Notes under the pieces: model-generated
Told to the model about the DNA's origin: nothing
Databases searched by the model: none
Seen by the model: only the letters and a program-made list of their open reading frames with translations
Source: Octopus sinensis
Taxonomy: Eukaryota
Assembly: GCF_006345805.1 (NCBI RefSeq)
Contig: NC_043017.1
Location: 8,370,001-8,434,000, forward strand
Length of the DNA: 64,000 nucleotides
Direction: 5' to 3'
Shown here: positions 37,007 through 49,560 of the stretch, piece after piece
Numbering within the stretch: the stretch's first letter is position 1
Layout of the letters: every line of letters begins with the position of its first letter
Program-made: the position numbers and the translations under genes

Positions 37007-39350
37007 TAATAGGCATAAAACCTCATATGGATTAAGGAAACAGGCATAAAACCAGAAAACGGTATTATTAGGGATAGCTAGAAGGCTTAGGAAGACTTTT
37101 GGCATCTAAGGTTACTTGTTGTAGCCTGATGTTATGAATTTTTTCCCAACAGTCAAATCTGTTGTGCATGAATGAAATAATAATAATAACAATAATAATA
37201 ATAATAATAATAACAATAATAATAACAATAATAATAATAATGATAACAATAACAATGATAATAATAATAATAATAATAATAACAACAATAATAATAATAA
37301 TAATGACCTGAAATTTGGGGGGAGGAGCGAGATGATTACATTGAGCCCAGTGCTTGACCGTTACTTATTTTATTGACCCCAAAAGGATGAAAGAGAAAGT
37401 TCATTATGACGAGATTTTTGAACTCAGAACCTAAAGAGCTGGAACAAATGCTACAAAGAACTTTTTCCAGTGCAGTAACGATCCTGCCAATATGTCAATA
37501 AGGATAAATAATCTTGTTTTGAAACACTAGCTTACGCAGTGCTGCTAAACATAGCACTTTGATATTTAAAACACGGAATCTGGAAGCACAGATAAAGAAT
37601 GTTCTTCAATGTGGCATAAAAGATGAAAACTGTTGCAAAAATTGTTGTGTGTGTTTGTGTGTGTGTGTGTGTGTGTGTTGAGGGAAAAGGTCACATGTTG
37701 AAACTAAGAAATGTTTGTTCGTAGCAGTTTACTACTAATAACTCCTTCTACTTTAGGTACAAGGCTGGCAAATTTGAGGGGCAGGGTTAGTCAAATACAA
37801 CGACCCCAGTGCTCAACTGGTACTTATTTTATTGACCCTGCCCCAACCAGGATGAAAAGCAAATAATAACGATAATAATATTAATCCTTTCTACTAAAGG
37901 CACAAGTCCTGAAATTTTCTGGAGAGGGAACTAGTTGATTACATCGACCCCAGTACATAACTGGTACTTAATTTATCAACCCCGAAAGGATGAAAAGCAA
38001 AGTTGACCCCGGCAGAATTTAATAATAATAATAATTTATCTTATGGGCTGAATCCTGGAAGTACTGCTATACTAGGCCAACCCTTGGCAAAGGCGGAACA
38101 AGCCCCTAAATAATAATGATATTTCTTTCTACTAAAGGCACAAGTCCTGAAATTTTATGAGGGAACTAGTCAATTACATCGACCCTAGTACATAACTGGT
38201 ACTTAATTTATCTACCCCGAAAGGATGAAAAGCAAAGTTGACCCCGGCAGAATTATTAATAATAATAATAATAATAATCCTTTCTACTAAAGCTACAAGT
38301 CCTGAAATTTTGTGGGGAGGGAACTAGTCAATTACATTAACCTCATTATTCAACTGGTACTTATTTATTGACCCCCTCCCCTTTCTACTATAGGCACAAG
38401 GCCTGCTTTTTTGAGTGGAGGTTGATGTTAATTACATAGACCCTAATCCTCTCTGCTTGATCACAGTTGTTTACTAGTAATAATGGTTTAATCATGGTGA
38501 TTTATTAATTACGTCACTTTGGCCATGGTAATTTATTAATTAGCTTGTTTGGTCAAAGAGATTTATGAATAAGAGTTAGTTAGATCATGGTGGCTTATTA
38601 ATAATAATAGTCAAGTGGTGGTCATTTATTAATCTAATCAAGACAGTGAGCTGGCACAGTCGTTAGCATGCCGGGCGAAATGCTTGAGTGGTATTTCACC
38701 TGTCTTTACGTTCTGTGTTCAAATACCACTGGGATCGACTTTGCCTTTCATCCTTTCAGGGTCGATAAATTAAGTACCAGTGAAACACTGGGGGGGGGCC
38801 ATATAATCAACTGGTCCCCTTCCCCAAAAATTTCAGGCCTCGTGCCTATAGTAGAAAGGTTTATTAATCTAATCAGAGTCATTTATTAATTAAAATCACC
38901 CAGTATACTATGTATAGTGGTTGGCATTAGGATTGGCATCCAGCCATGGATGTGAAAGGCATGTGACCTAGTGGTTAGGATGTTGGCCTCAAGATCGTAA
39001 GATTGTGGTTTCAATTCCTGGACTGGGCAACAGGTTATGTTCTTGAGCAAAATACTTTGTTTTATGTTGCTCCAGTTCACTCAGCTGGCAAAAATGAGCA
39101 ATCCTGCTATGAATTAGTATCCCATCCAGGGTGTAAATATATTATAAAGGCGGTGAGCTGGCAGGATCGTTAGCACACCAGGTGAAATGCCGAGCGGTAT
39201 TTAGTGTCTTTACGTTCTGAGTTCAAATTGTGCCAAAGTCGACTTTGCCTTTCATCCTTTCAGGGTTGTTAAATTAAGTGTTATTTGCATACTGGGGTTG
39301 ATCTAATCAACTGGACCCTCCCCCAAAATTTCAGGCCTTGTACCTAGAAT
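35375..39350. mobile_element. Cluster of about 12 SINE-B copies and fragments in both orientations, joined by (AAT)n/(ATT)n
   Basis: Repeated CCTTTCTACTA.AGGCACAAG.CCTGAAATTT...GA.CCC..AAGGATGAAA.GCAAAGT units. Copy 38641-38859 has the 16-bp TSD TTTATTAATCTAATCA; copy 35639-35868 has the 16-bp TSD TATATTGCCCCCACTG. Confidence 0.9.
37010..37165 (+). mobile_element. 3' end of an RLE (R4/Dong-like) LINE inside (AAT)n
   Basis: QKTVLLGIARRLRKTFGI* followed by a short UTR and an (AAT)n tail. Confidence 0.65.
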
Positions 39351-39639
39351 AGAATATATATACATTATGGAAACCAGGAAACTGACAGTTACTAGTCCAC
39401 AGGGCTCAAGAAGGATATGTTATCCAACCATAGGAATCATGGATGAAGCTCCAATTCAATTATAATGAATACATTAAATATTGGGAGCTTGTGTTTGTTG
39501 TAAGCAAACTAGATCTATCTCCAAATCTATAAAGTAAATAACTTCTTTGATCCATTATCAAGTATATAAAATTGTATGTAGATATCAAAGAATAAAATAG
39601 GTCATAATTGTTATGTCTAATTACATTACTTCAAGTCAT

Positions 39640-40760
39640 CATCATCATCATCATCACCATTTAACATCTGTTTTCCATGCAGGCATGGGTTGGACCGTTT
39701 GACAGGAGCTGCATCAGGCTCCAGTTGTCTGTTTTGGCTTGATTTCTATAGCTGGTTGCCCTTCCAAGCACCGACCCCTTTACTGAGAGGTCTGACTGCT
39801 TTTTACATGGCACCAACACTGATGCTTTTTATGTGGCACAGTACAGGTACTTTTTATGTGACACTGGTAATGAAAATGATGTTCATTAAATAAACTAAAG
39901 ACCTCCTTTGGTCATGAATGACCATGGGATTACATCTGGAAAGTTTCCCTCTGATGCACAAGTCTGGGCAAGGTTGTTTATGGAAGACGAGCAGTCGCCC
40001 ATGCATACCAGCATCTCCCCTCCATGCCACCAATGTTATCTAAGGAAAGGCAAAGGCCGACACAGCATGGCATTGCAATTAATTTCTACAGCTGAGTGAA
40101 CTGGAGCAACGTGAAATAAAGTGTCTTGCTCAAGAACACAACACACAGCCCAGTCTAGGAATCGAACTCATTACGTCATGATTGTCAGTCCAACGCTGTA
40201 ACCACTGAGTCATGTGCCTCACTATTGAATACATTATTATCTAAGCTGATTTATTAAATTATGGTTTTTATAATATACAATAAATTGTGCTTCGTTTGTA
40301 ATTATAAATTATTAATGTTATTTATTGAAAACAAATCTTTTGTAATAATATGAATGTTGCTCATGGATTTGTTTAATGGTATAATAGATTGATTTAGTAT
40401 CTTTTATCCTTTACTTGTTTCAGTTATTAGACTGTGGCCATGCTGGGGCATTGCTTCAAAGAATTTTTAGTCGAATAAATAAAGACCCCAGGACTTATTT
40501 TTTCAAAGCTTGGTACTTATTCTATCAGTCTCTTTTGCCAAACTGCTCGGTTACAGGGACTAAACACAACACTGGTTGTCATGTAGTTAGGGGTGGACAC
40601 ACACACACACCAGGCTTTTTTTTTCAGTTTCCCCCAACCAAATCCACTCACAGGGCTTTAGTTAGCTCAGCGCTATAGTAGAAGACACTTGCCCAAGATG
40701 CCACACAGTGGGCAGAACCCAAAACCATGTGATTGGGAAGCAACCATTCCTGCACCTATA
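39640..40760 (-). mobile_element. Stack of family F (39640-39870), SINE-D (39893-40220) and SINE-C (40410-40760)
   Basis: Match to the other copies in the window. Confidence 0.8.
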
Positions 40761-41238
40761 GGATGTTGTTAAATAATTTGCTAACCATTTTATAATGGTT
40801 TGTAAGGAAATGCAGCAGTTTATATGCTGATAGTTGGCATATTGAGAAGACTGCAGTTTGGTTTTGCTAACATTGGAGTCATAAAATGCAACATTTGGTA
40901 AGATGAATGGCAGATGCTTGGTTTCTGAGAATCTAATGGTTGTTTTTGAAGTCCATAGAATAAACGATAGAAGAAATTAATAGCTGAAATGGCTTTTATT
41001 TTTTTAGTGTTACAATATAAAAACAGCTGCTTCAAGTTGTTATTGTATAAAGATTAGACAAGGTTTTGTTGTCCATTTTGTAGGTAGCTGTATTCCTCTG
41101 TTGATGATTGCTAGGAGATTGAAGAAAGATGAAGAGAGAAAGACTAAGAGAGTTTACCTCTTTGGATTGATGAATAGAAAGAGAGGAAGCTATATGGTCC
41201 TTCATTGACATGCTATATTTATTTTTGCATACTTCCAA

Positions 41239-41485
41239 TTTATTACTTCCACCTTAGCGAAGGCAGAGGTATTGTTTTCAGTTGCGTTTGTTTGTTTGTT
41301 TGTCTGTGGACAAAATATCTCAAGAACTGCAGGATGGATTCAGATGAAACTTTCAGGGATGTTTGGCCTTGTGTCTGGCATGAACTGATTAGATTTTGGG
41401 ATCAATCTGGTACTGGACAAAGATTCTGGATTATTTTTTCTGGTCTTTTTGCTTAATTTTGGAGAGCAGTTGGGTTCATTTTTAG
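41239..41485 (+). mobile_element. Helentron-associated non-autonomous element (HINE/DINE-1-like)
   Basis: T-rich start, subterminal palindrome ACTTCCACCTTAGCGAAGGCAGAGGT, (GTTT)n microsatellite, then ATCTCAAGAACT..GGATGGATT.AGATGAAACT core. Confidence 0.6.
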
Positions 41486-41859
41486 TATTCTTGTTTGAAT
41501 AAAAAGAAAAAACAAAACACAAAGAGGTTGGCCATGGATGGAATACCTTTGATCACAGGTCTGCTCAGTCAGGGTCAACCAACTAGATGCTGGGGTGGCT
41601 TTGGAAATAAATAACGACACTATGTGAACTACTGATATAGTAGTTTGTGTTGTGGTAGTAGCAGTGTTGATGTTGTTGCAGTTGTAGTAATAGACGCAGT
41701 AGTAAAAGCAGTAATAGTTATGTGGTAGTAGTAGTAGAGGTGGTAGTAATAGTTGTAGTAGTAGTAGAGGTAGTAGTAGTGGTGGTAGTAGTAGTAAATG
41801 TTACACTCATCTGTGACTGTTGGTGACAGTAATATTTGCAGTAGTGGTGGTAGTAGTGG

Positions 41860-42074
41860 TGGTGGCTATTACCTGTAGTAGTACTAGTAGTAGTAGTAGT
41901 GGCTCTTACCTGTAGTAGTAGTGGTGGTGGTGCTGGTGGTGGCTCTTACCTGTAGTAGTAGTGGTGGTGGTGCTGGTGGTGGCTCTTACCTGAAGTAGTA
42001 GTACTAGTAGTAGTAGTAGTGGTGGCTCTTACCTTCAGTAGTAGTAGTAGTAGTGGTGGTGGTGGTTGTTACCT

Positions 42075-42105
<31 letters not shown>
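41860..42105 (-). repeat. Minisatellite of about 40 bp, each unit containing a 5' splice-site consensus
   Basis: Minus-strand CAG|GTAAGAG (or close variant) at 41873, 41910, 41950, 41990, 42033 and 42073. Confidence 0.85.
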
Positions 42106-42238
42106 ATGTGACACTCAAACGCAATGACGATGGCGGCGGTGGCTGCGACGTACAAACACAAGATGTCATTATTGGGATGCGTGGAGAAGTGTGACAGTCC
42201 CCGCTGCTGAGCATCATTCGTGTCGTCTGTTGCTTTAC
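42073..42238 (-). CDS. Candidate coding exon, unknown protein
   Basis: CpG-rich unique sequence; open frame VKQQTTRMMLSSGDCHTSPRIPIMTSCVCTSQPPPPSSLRLSVTSTTTTTTTTTT ending at ACAG|GTAACA. Confidence 0.25.
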
Positions 42239-42361
42239 CTGCAACAGTCACCCCCCTCCCACCTTCATCATTACCCCCCTCTTTCACCCTCCCTCTGTGT
42301 GTGTGTGTGCGCGCGCGCGCGAGACAAGTTTGAGGCCCCTCCCCTCATCCTTCCTCCAGTG

Positions 42362-42369
42362 TTTATATA
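42362..42369 (-). promoter_or_regulatory. TATA-box-like element (TATATAAA) in a CpG-rich segment
   Basis: Isolated TATATAAA amid GC-rich, non-(TA)n sequence, about 130 bp upstream of a CAG|GTAAAG donor. Confidence 0.3.
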
Positions 42370-43643
42370 AGGATCTTCGGTTATTAACCATCGTCATCAT
42401 CACTAGCGTCATTATCAACACCGCCTCCACCACCACCACCACTACCACCATCATCATCATACCGTTACTATCATCATTACCACCATCACCGTCGCCACCA
42501 CCATCATCATCATCATCACCGCCACCACCACCATCTTTCCAATTGTTTACTTTCTAATTAATCATATTCCCCGCTTTACCTCCACCCCGGTCTATGTCCG
42601 TTTGTGTGTGTATATATACACACATACATACATACACACACACATACATACATACATACATACATACATACATACACACATACATACATACATACATACA
42701 TACATACATACATACATACATACGTGTGTGTATGTATGTATGTATGTAGTGTTTACGTTCAATAAACATTCACTTTTGTCTCGCTATGTGCAAATACAAT
42801 ATGTTTACACGCGTGAACACTATAAACATACATTTAACCTCACTTGTTTATTTATCCGTGAACTCGCTGTCCCAGTACTGTGTTGCTATGTATGTGTGTA
42901 TGTTTGTAAGTGTGTATGTTTGTATGTGTGTGTATGTATGTATGTATGTGTGTGTATGTATGTTTGTATGTGTGTGTATGTATGTATGTGTATGTATGTA
43001 TGTATGTATGTGTGTGTATGTATGTGTGTGTGTATGTATGTATGTATGTGTATGTATGTTTGTATGTGTGTGTGTGTTTGCCTCTATGTGTGTGTGTGTG
43101 ATATGGTGGTGACAGCGGAAGGTACTAGCTCTTCTCTTCATTCCATCGTCCCATGTTCCCTTCTGCAGCTCACATACCAACACATACACACACACACAAA
43201 TGTATTATACAGATATATAAACACACTCACACATTTCGTCACATTTATGCACACAAACTTCTTCTTACACATACAGACACATACATAAAGAGAGAGAGAG
43301 AGGGAGATAGTGAGCTGTTAGATAGAGATATGTAGATACACATACATGTAAATACACATACATACACACAAACTTCCAGACATGTTCACACATACACACA
43401 CGTTCCTTTATCGGTAACGTCCACACCACTGCCACCCCCACCATCATCTACCACCACCGCCACCATCATCTACCACTACCAGCTACCACCACCGCCACCA
43501 TCATCTACCACCACCAGCTACCACCACCGCCACCATCACTTACCACCACCGCCACCATCATCTACCACCACCACCACCATCATCTGCCATCACCACCACT
43601 ACTACTACTACTACTATCGTCTCTTGGTACCATTTCTCTCAAG

Positions 43644-43785
43644 AAATTCGTTGGCCATGGCAGCATGTACTCTTTGTCTTCACCGCTGGACTGTGGACTA
43701 CCGTCAACCCCACCACCAAAGGCTAAAGTGGCCAGTCTCACATGGAACAAGGTCACTCGGCATCCAAGAGTCAGCGAAATCCAAG
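43644..43785 (+). CDS. Candidate coding exon, unknown protein
   Basis: TTTCTCTCAAG| KFVGHGSMYSLSSPLDCGLPSTPPPKAKVASLTWNKVTRHPRVSEIQ |GTAACG; CpG-rich unique sequence. Confidence 0.25.
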
Positions 43786-45070
43786 GTAACGGAGGGGGGT
43801 GGGGTGGGTAAAAGGGGACGGGCGGAAAGGTCGGTGGAGTTTCATCAAGGACCGTTGTGTGTGTTTCTGTTATGTATGTATGTGTATGTTATGTATATAT
43901 TCGTGCGTGTGTTTGTATGTATGTGTATTTGGATTTGTGTGTGTCAGTATGTCACTGGAAGTATGTGTATATGTCACTAGATGCGTGTGTTTCTATATCT
44001 GTCTGTCGACATGTATGTGAGTGAGATAATTCTCTCTTTCCATGCGTGTGTGTTTGTGTTTTATGTCTGTTCGGTTGTTGCTGTTGTTGTTCTTATTCCA
44101 ACGCCCTTTGGTTCTTTCATTTTTCTTCCTTATCTTTCATTCATTTAAACATACCATTACATTTTCTTTCATTCTATTTCATTCATTCTTTTTTTCATTC
44201 ATTCATTCATTCCATTCCATTCATTGCTGCATCAAATCCGGCAAAATTCCGGATGACAGCGTACGACGAAGCAGAATATTTTTATGAAATGACGACGACG
44301 ACACAGACATGGGGAAATTGGTAAAAAAAATTATGACTTGGGATTATTTGGTGTTATTTTAGACTAATCCCCCAAGTTAGCTCAGACAGAGCAGACAGAC
44401 CCACGTTTAAAGACGTTCCAACTGTGACCATACCATATTTCCTCTCCTTCCATGCATGTATATTTAAGATTACGCGCTATCCTATGTATGGTTTCTTTCC
44501 AAAGACGACATGGTGTGATTTGAGGGAAATTGAGCTGTTATTTCTAGCAACAGTCTATGGACAACCCATAGGCCAGTCTGGGAATTCTGAATGGCAAGGC
44601 TAAGGAAAAATTATCTTCAATTTTGTATACTTTTGTAGTGCGACCCGCCCGATTATAAGCTTTGTCTCATGCGGCCCGCTTCTCGAAAAAGGCTGCCCGT
44701 GCCCCCAACGTGTATTGCGGTTTTAACCCAGGCCTACACAAAGGCTTTCCGGCCATGACCATCCAGTTCTTTTGTATATTAGTCTGCACTGTCCAATGTA
44801 TTATTTCGTTTCTGTTTTGAAGAGAGTAGTGTGATTTGAGGAAAATTTGCCTGTTATTTCTAGTATATCGAGATACCACGTAGAAGCCACCTGGTTGGTC
44901 TTAGCTGTATGTTTTGTATTGCGTTATATGTTTACCTGTTTCAGCTTGGTTTTAACCCAACTCCCCGCCGGGTTTACTTCAGAGCAGACCTTCACTTCCC
45001 CCACCCCTTTGCTGCCGCGATAGCTACACACACGTACATGGCATAAATATACACACACCTGTTTATGCTA

Positions 45071-45133
<63 letters not shown>

Positions 45134-45221
45134 TATTATTGTTATTTAGCAGACAGAGTGACTTAAGGGTCGAGTTTCGTGCGTTAGACATATACAGACT
45201 TACACCTGTTTACGCTATGTA

Positions 45222-45352
45222 CAGGGTGTCCCCAAAAAATGTATACACATAGTGGTTCGGCAAAAGAGAACGATAGAATAAGTGCTAGGCTTACAAAGAA
45301 TAACAAATTTACAATTATTTAAGGTGTGTATACATTTTTTGGGGACACCCTG
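45222..45352. mobile_element. Tc1/mariner MITE with a perfect 28-bp TIR and TA TSD, carrying a SINE-C fragment
   Basis: TA|CAGGGTGTCCCCAAAAAATGTATACACA ... TGTGTATACATTTTTTGGGGACACCCTG|TA. Confidence 0.9.
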
Positions 45353-45922
45353 TATATATGTACGCACACACGCACGTTTATAGCGAGACACGTGCAAGAA
45401 CATGTACATACGTTTATAGACAGACATGGAAAACTGACACACACACACAGAGTTTACACAAATACACCCATACGTTTGTGTATATAAACCCACACATGTT
45501 TTTCTCACATATGCACACGCGTATACAGACACACGCCTATACAGACACCCACACACATTCACACAGATAGACACATACGTTTCTATACATAGACATACAT
45601 ACACTCACTCACAGCCACATGTTTACCCGGAGAACCATGTAGACTTTCATGCATGCAATTATAGAATTATACACACTAAAGGAGAAAATGTATAAAAGAA
45701 TATCAATTTTTTTCTTACACATGTTTACATTTCGCTGCGAGGCAAATACATCCTAATATACACCCGTTAATTAGTAACGCACTGCACAGCAATTTTTTCT
45801 TTCTTTTACCTATGTATAATTCAATGCATAAAATATTTTTACATTGTCAACAGCATCTCAGAGACACACATTTTGACACGCATTTATTTATATATACATG
45901 TTGATTAAAACCGTTGTTACAA

Positions 45923-46430
45923 CAGGTATACCTCAATTTACGTCGTTCCGACTTGCGCCTTTTTCGACTTCACGTCGTTTTTTTTTCTCTTTTATTAAAG
46001 AAATTAATGTAATGATTAAATAATTAAATGAACTTCAACTTCAGTCGATTTATCCGACTTTGCGTCGGTCTCGGCGAATGTATTTAAAAACATGGAGTAT
46101 TTTTTGTTTTTTTTTTGAAAAACACCAGAAAACGAATATTGGATTGGAAAAAATTAAAATGAAATGAAATACATGTGAAAATATGTATAAATCCTGGCAG
46201 AGGTAAAGAATACGCAAACCACCTGTTTTCGGTGTAACAAAACCCTAACCCTGATCCTAACCCCTGACCCTAAACACCGGCTGTGCGTATTCTTTACCTT
46301 CGCCCAAATCATTTAATTAAATCATATAAGCTAATTAAAATTTTAAAACGTCTTTTTTCGCGTCATGTTTTTCGTGTTCAGTCGCATTTCTTCTAGGAAC
46401 CGATTGCCGACGTAAGTTGAGGTATGCCTT
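45923..46430. mobile_element. Tigger/Tc2-like MITE of about 510 bp
   Basis: Left CAGGTATACCTCAATTTACGTCG; right end reverse complement (A)AGGCATACCTCAACTTACGTCG; TA at 46431-46432. Confidence 0.75.
46196..46304. mobile_element. Small TIR element with internal telomere-like hexamers, nested in the MITE above
   Basis: 21-bp TIR GGC.(A/G)AGGTAAAGAATACGCA; internal AACCCTAACCCTGATCCTAACCCCTGACCCTAA. Confidence 0.65.
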
Positions 46431-46736
46431 TATTAGAATTAGCAGTAGTAATACAGTAGTTGCGATGATGATGATGATGATATTAGTAGTAGTGGTGATG
46501 GTTGTTGTGGTGATTGTATTAGTAACATTGGTGATGCTAGTTTGTTGTAGACTCATAGATATGCAGTGGAATACAGATGATGGAAATATATTTGATGTGG
46601 ATGATGCCAGGAGAGAAGCTACAAGAGTTATGGTTTTACATATTAATCTTTGTATGTGTGTATATGTTTACCTTCGCAGTTGAAGATAACAAGATATGAA
46701 TGAATGCAGAGCAGGTTTTGATGAACGTATACTACT

Positions 46737-46829
<93 letters not shown>

Positions 46830-46864
46830 TCATACACACACACACACACACACACATATATATG

Positions 46865-47275
46865 TATTTGTATGTTTATCTTGTTTCAGTCATTGGACTG
46901 CGGCCTTGCTGGGGGCACTGCCTTGAAGGGTTTAGTGAAACAAATTTTTCCGTAAACTGATTTATTTATTTCTTTGAAGTCTGGTGCTTATTCTATTAGT
47001 CTCTTGGTTCAGACTGCTAAGTTACATGAATATAAACAAACCAACATTGGTTGGCAAGGGATGTTGGAGGACAAACACAACACAAACTGAAAGACAGACA
47101 CTCTCTCTCTCTCTCAAACACACACACACACAACAGGTTTCTTTCAGTTTCCATCTACCAAATTCACTCACAAGGTTTTTTTTTAACCCAATGATATAGT
47201 AGAAGATATTTGCACAAAGTGACACACTATGGAACTGAACCCAAGACCACATGGTTGGGAAGCAAGCTTTTTACC
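46865..47275 (-). mobile_element. SINE-C, near full length
   Basis: Reverse complement of 55835-56244. Confidence 0.8.
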
Positions 47276-47476
47276 TTCACAGCTAGCTTCTTGCCCACCA
47301 ACGCATATATACATACATACATATATACACACTCACACACATATACATGCATACATATACACACACACATACAAGCATATATACACACATACAAACATAC
47401 ATACACACACACGTATGTACATACATGATGGCCGTCCATTGCCCACCTTCAGGAACATTTGCGCTCTGGAACTAAC

Positions 47477-47806
47477 TTATATTTTGCATTTGTGGCTCTG
47501 TTGGTGGCTAATGAGCCCTGCTCTTGACAAGCATACACGACTGCAAACATTGCAGACCAAGCTTTCCCCATTCACTATACGAGCCGTGCGCTTTCGCACA
47601 GCTCGCTTAAGTTCTTCATGCTGGATACGTGCTTTCTCAAAAGTGTCAATCCCCTCCTTAACCTGCTTCCTCCATCTGTGGCGATGACAGGCATTGTTCT
47701 CCCAGTCAGTGTCCTGCATATCACAGGCCTTTAACGAGGACTTGACACAGTCCTTAAATCGTAGCCTTGGTTTCTGCCGGAGTCTCCTTCCATTCACAAG
47801 TTCATA
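47477..47806 (-). mobile_element. RTE LINE ORF2 C-terminus with a C2H2-type zinc finger
   Basis: YELVNGRRLRQKPRLRFKDCVKSSLK...WENNACHRHRWRKQVKEG...CNVCSRVCLSRAGLISHQQSH. Confidence 0.85.
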
Positions 47807-47889
47807 CATACAAACATACATACACACAGAGAGAAAGTGTGAGTAGGTGAAAGGAAAATAAGCTTTAATAGTGCTCAAATGAATGGGGA

Positions 47890-49560
47890 CTTAAACTCCG
47901 ACTTCTTCATTTAGCGCTGAGTTGGCATCTTGGCTTTGAAAGTTAACCATAAGAACAATATTTATCAAGTGGTTATGAAGGTAGTGAGGAAGATAAATGC
48001 AGTTAGGCTCGAGACATATTTACATGGAGCACAAAATACAGATTATGAAAGAAAGAAAAAAGAAAACAGAAGAGAAGAATTATGTAAAAACTCATCTCGA
48101 CAGTTGTTTCAGGATGGCCATAACTTATGTTGTAACCTTATTTATAAGTAATCTGTTTGTAGTGACAGAGGTGCACACCTAGCAACAAAAGGGTATTTTG
48201 ATGAAGATGTTGAAGTAAGTTAGGTGTCCCTTTTCAAGAGCAGAGTGGCAAGCATGAATTATCTAGCAGTGTTTAGAAACATAAAGGTTTGAAGTGAACA
48301 AGGAGTAGTGAGGAAGGGGTTATGGGAAGTGGAGGGAAAAAGTGTGGTTAAGGAGCAAGATGAGAAGAAGGTACAACTTGACAAAGATCAGATATTAAGA
48401 AGCCAAAGAAACAATGTTGTGAGTTCAAACCAGTGAGGGCCAAAGTAGTATTTTGACAGGATAAAAATAGTTAAAAATAGTTTAGGCAATGGACAGAGTG
48501 ACATGGGAGAATTAAATGCTGTGGTAAGGGAGTGGGAATAAAAGGAGAAGAAAATGTGGTGAGCAAAAGAGAATATTTTGCCAAGATGATGAGAAATTAT
48601 AATGATTTTATATAAATGGCAATTTATGTCTGCAAGCTTATGTCAGAGAATTGATTATGTAAAGAGGTCTCATTTTGGCATAATATAGTGAGCAATTTCT
48701 GGCAGCATAATTGACAAATGCAATGATTTGCATCGTATGAGTATAAGGTGTACCCTGGGCAGTGTGTGTAGGTTAATAAGGAAGTAGATTGTTTAGAAAT
48801 CCTATATTCATAAGGAGCTCAGGCGAACAAGTCAGCATTGCTTGAGTCAGACATACCCCTAATGTAGATCCTAGCCTGGTGGGATTGGGGAGTTGTGACC
48901 ACACACATATTTACATATTGTTATAGTACAAGCAATTCCCCTTTAAAGGACAGAGTCAGGAAGTTCAACAATTACAAGTTCCTACTGCCGGTAGACTAGT
49001 AGTCACTAAGTATCCTACCATGTTTAATATTATTGTTTATCCCACAGGTAAAAACAAGGGTGTTAATATTGCTACTGTTAAGGTGGGGTTGGGTTTCATG
49101 GTAAGAGAGTGGTAAGCCAGGCTTATCGCTATTGCCAATTGGCAGACCTAATTGATAACAATTGTCATGGATGGTATTTATTTCAGAGCTGAGGCTATTC
49201 AGAATAGGAATATCTACATTTTGAAGGGCAGCAGTAGAATCTACAACATTGGAGGTATTGCTAGATAATGTAGTAATGGTGGGATGCATCAAAATCAAGT
49301 GTGGGTTTAAAGCATCTCTAGGAGTTACAAGAGTCAGTGGGGTGATGTTTTGTATCTGCTTCACCATAATCACTGGTATTAAAGTTGGTGATTCTGAGGA
49401 CATTACTGTAGTCTATGCGATTGCTAAGGTAATTGGGGGCAGAGGTTTTCCGTGATTACCTTATTATTGTTAATTCAGTTAAGGTTGCAGCCAGATTCAT
49501 GGTTTTCTTCCACATTTGAGGTTGTGGAATATGAAATTTTAATTGAAGGTTTATTAAAAA
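47890..49560 (-). mobile_element. Highly degraded CR1/L2-group LINE (ORF1 end and AP endonuclease region)
   Basis: Complex coding-like sequence with YIRG (N.RG-like APE start) and FP*NNC (FPW-like) remnants; many stops. Confidence 0.4.

Noticed and set aside
46397-46411. 15-nt microexon (TTCTAG|GAACCGATTGCCGAC|GTAAGT)
   Set aside because: The donor is part of the MITE terminal inverted repeat, so the motif is explained by the transposon; exonisation cannot be excluded without RNA data.
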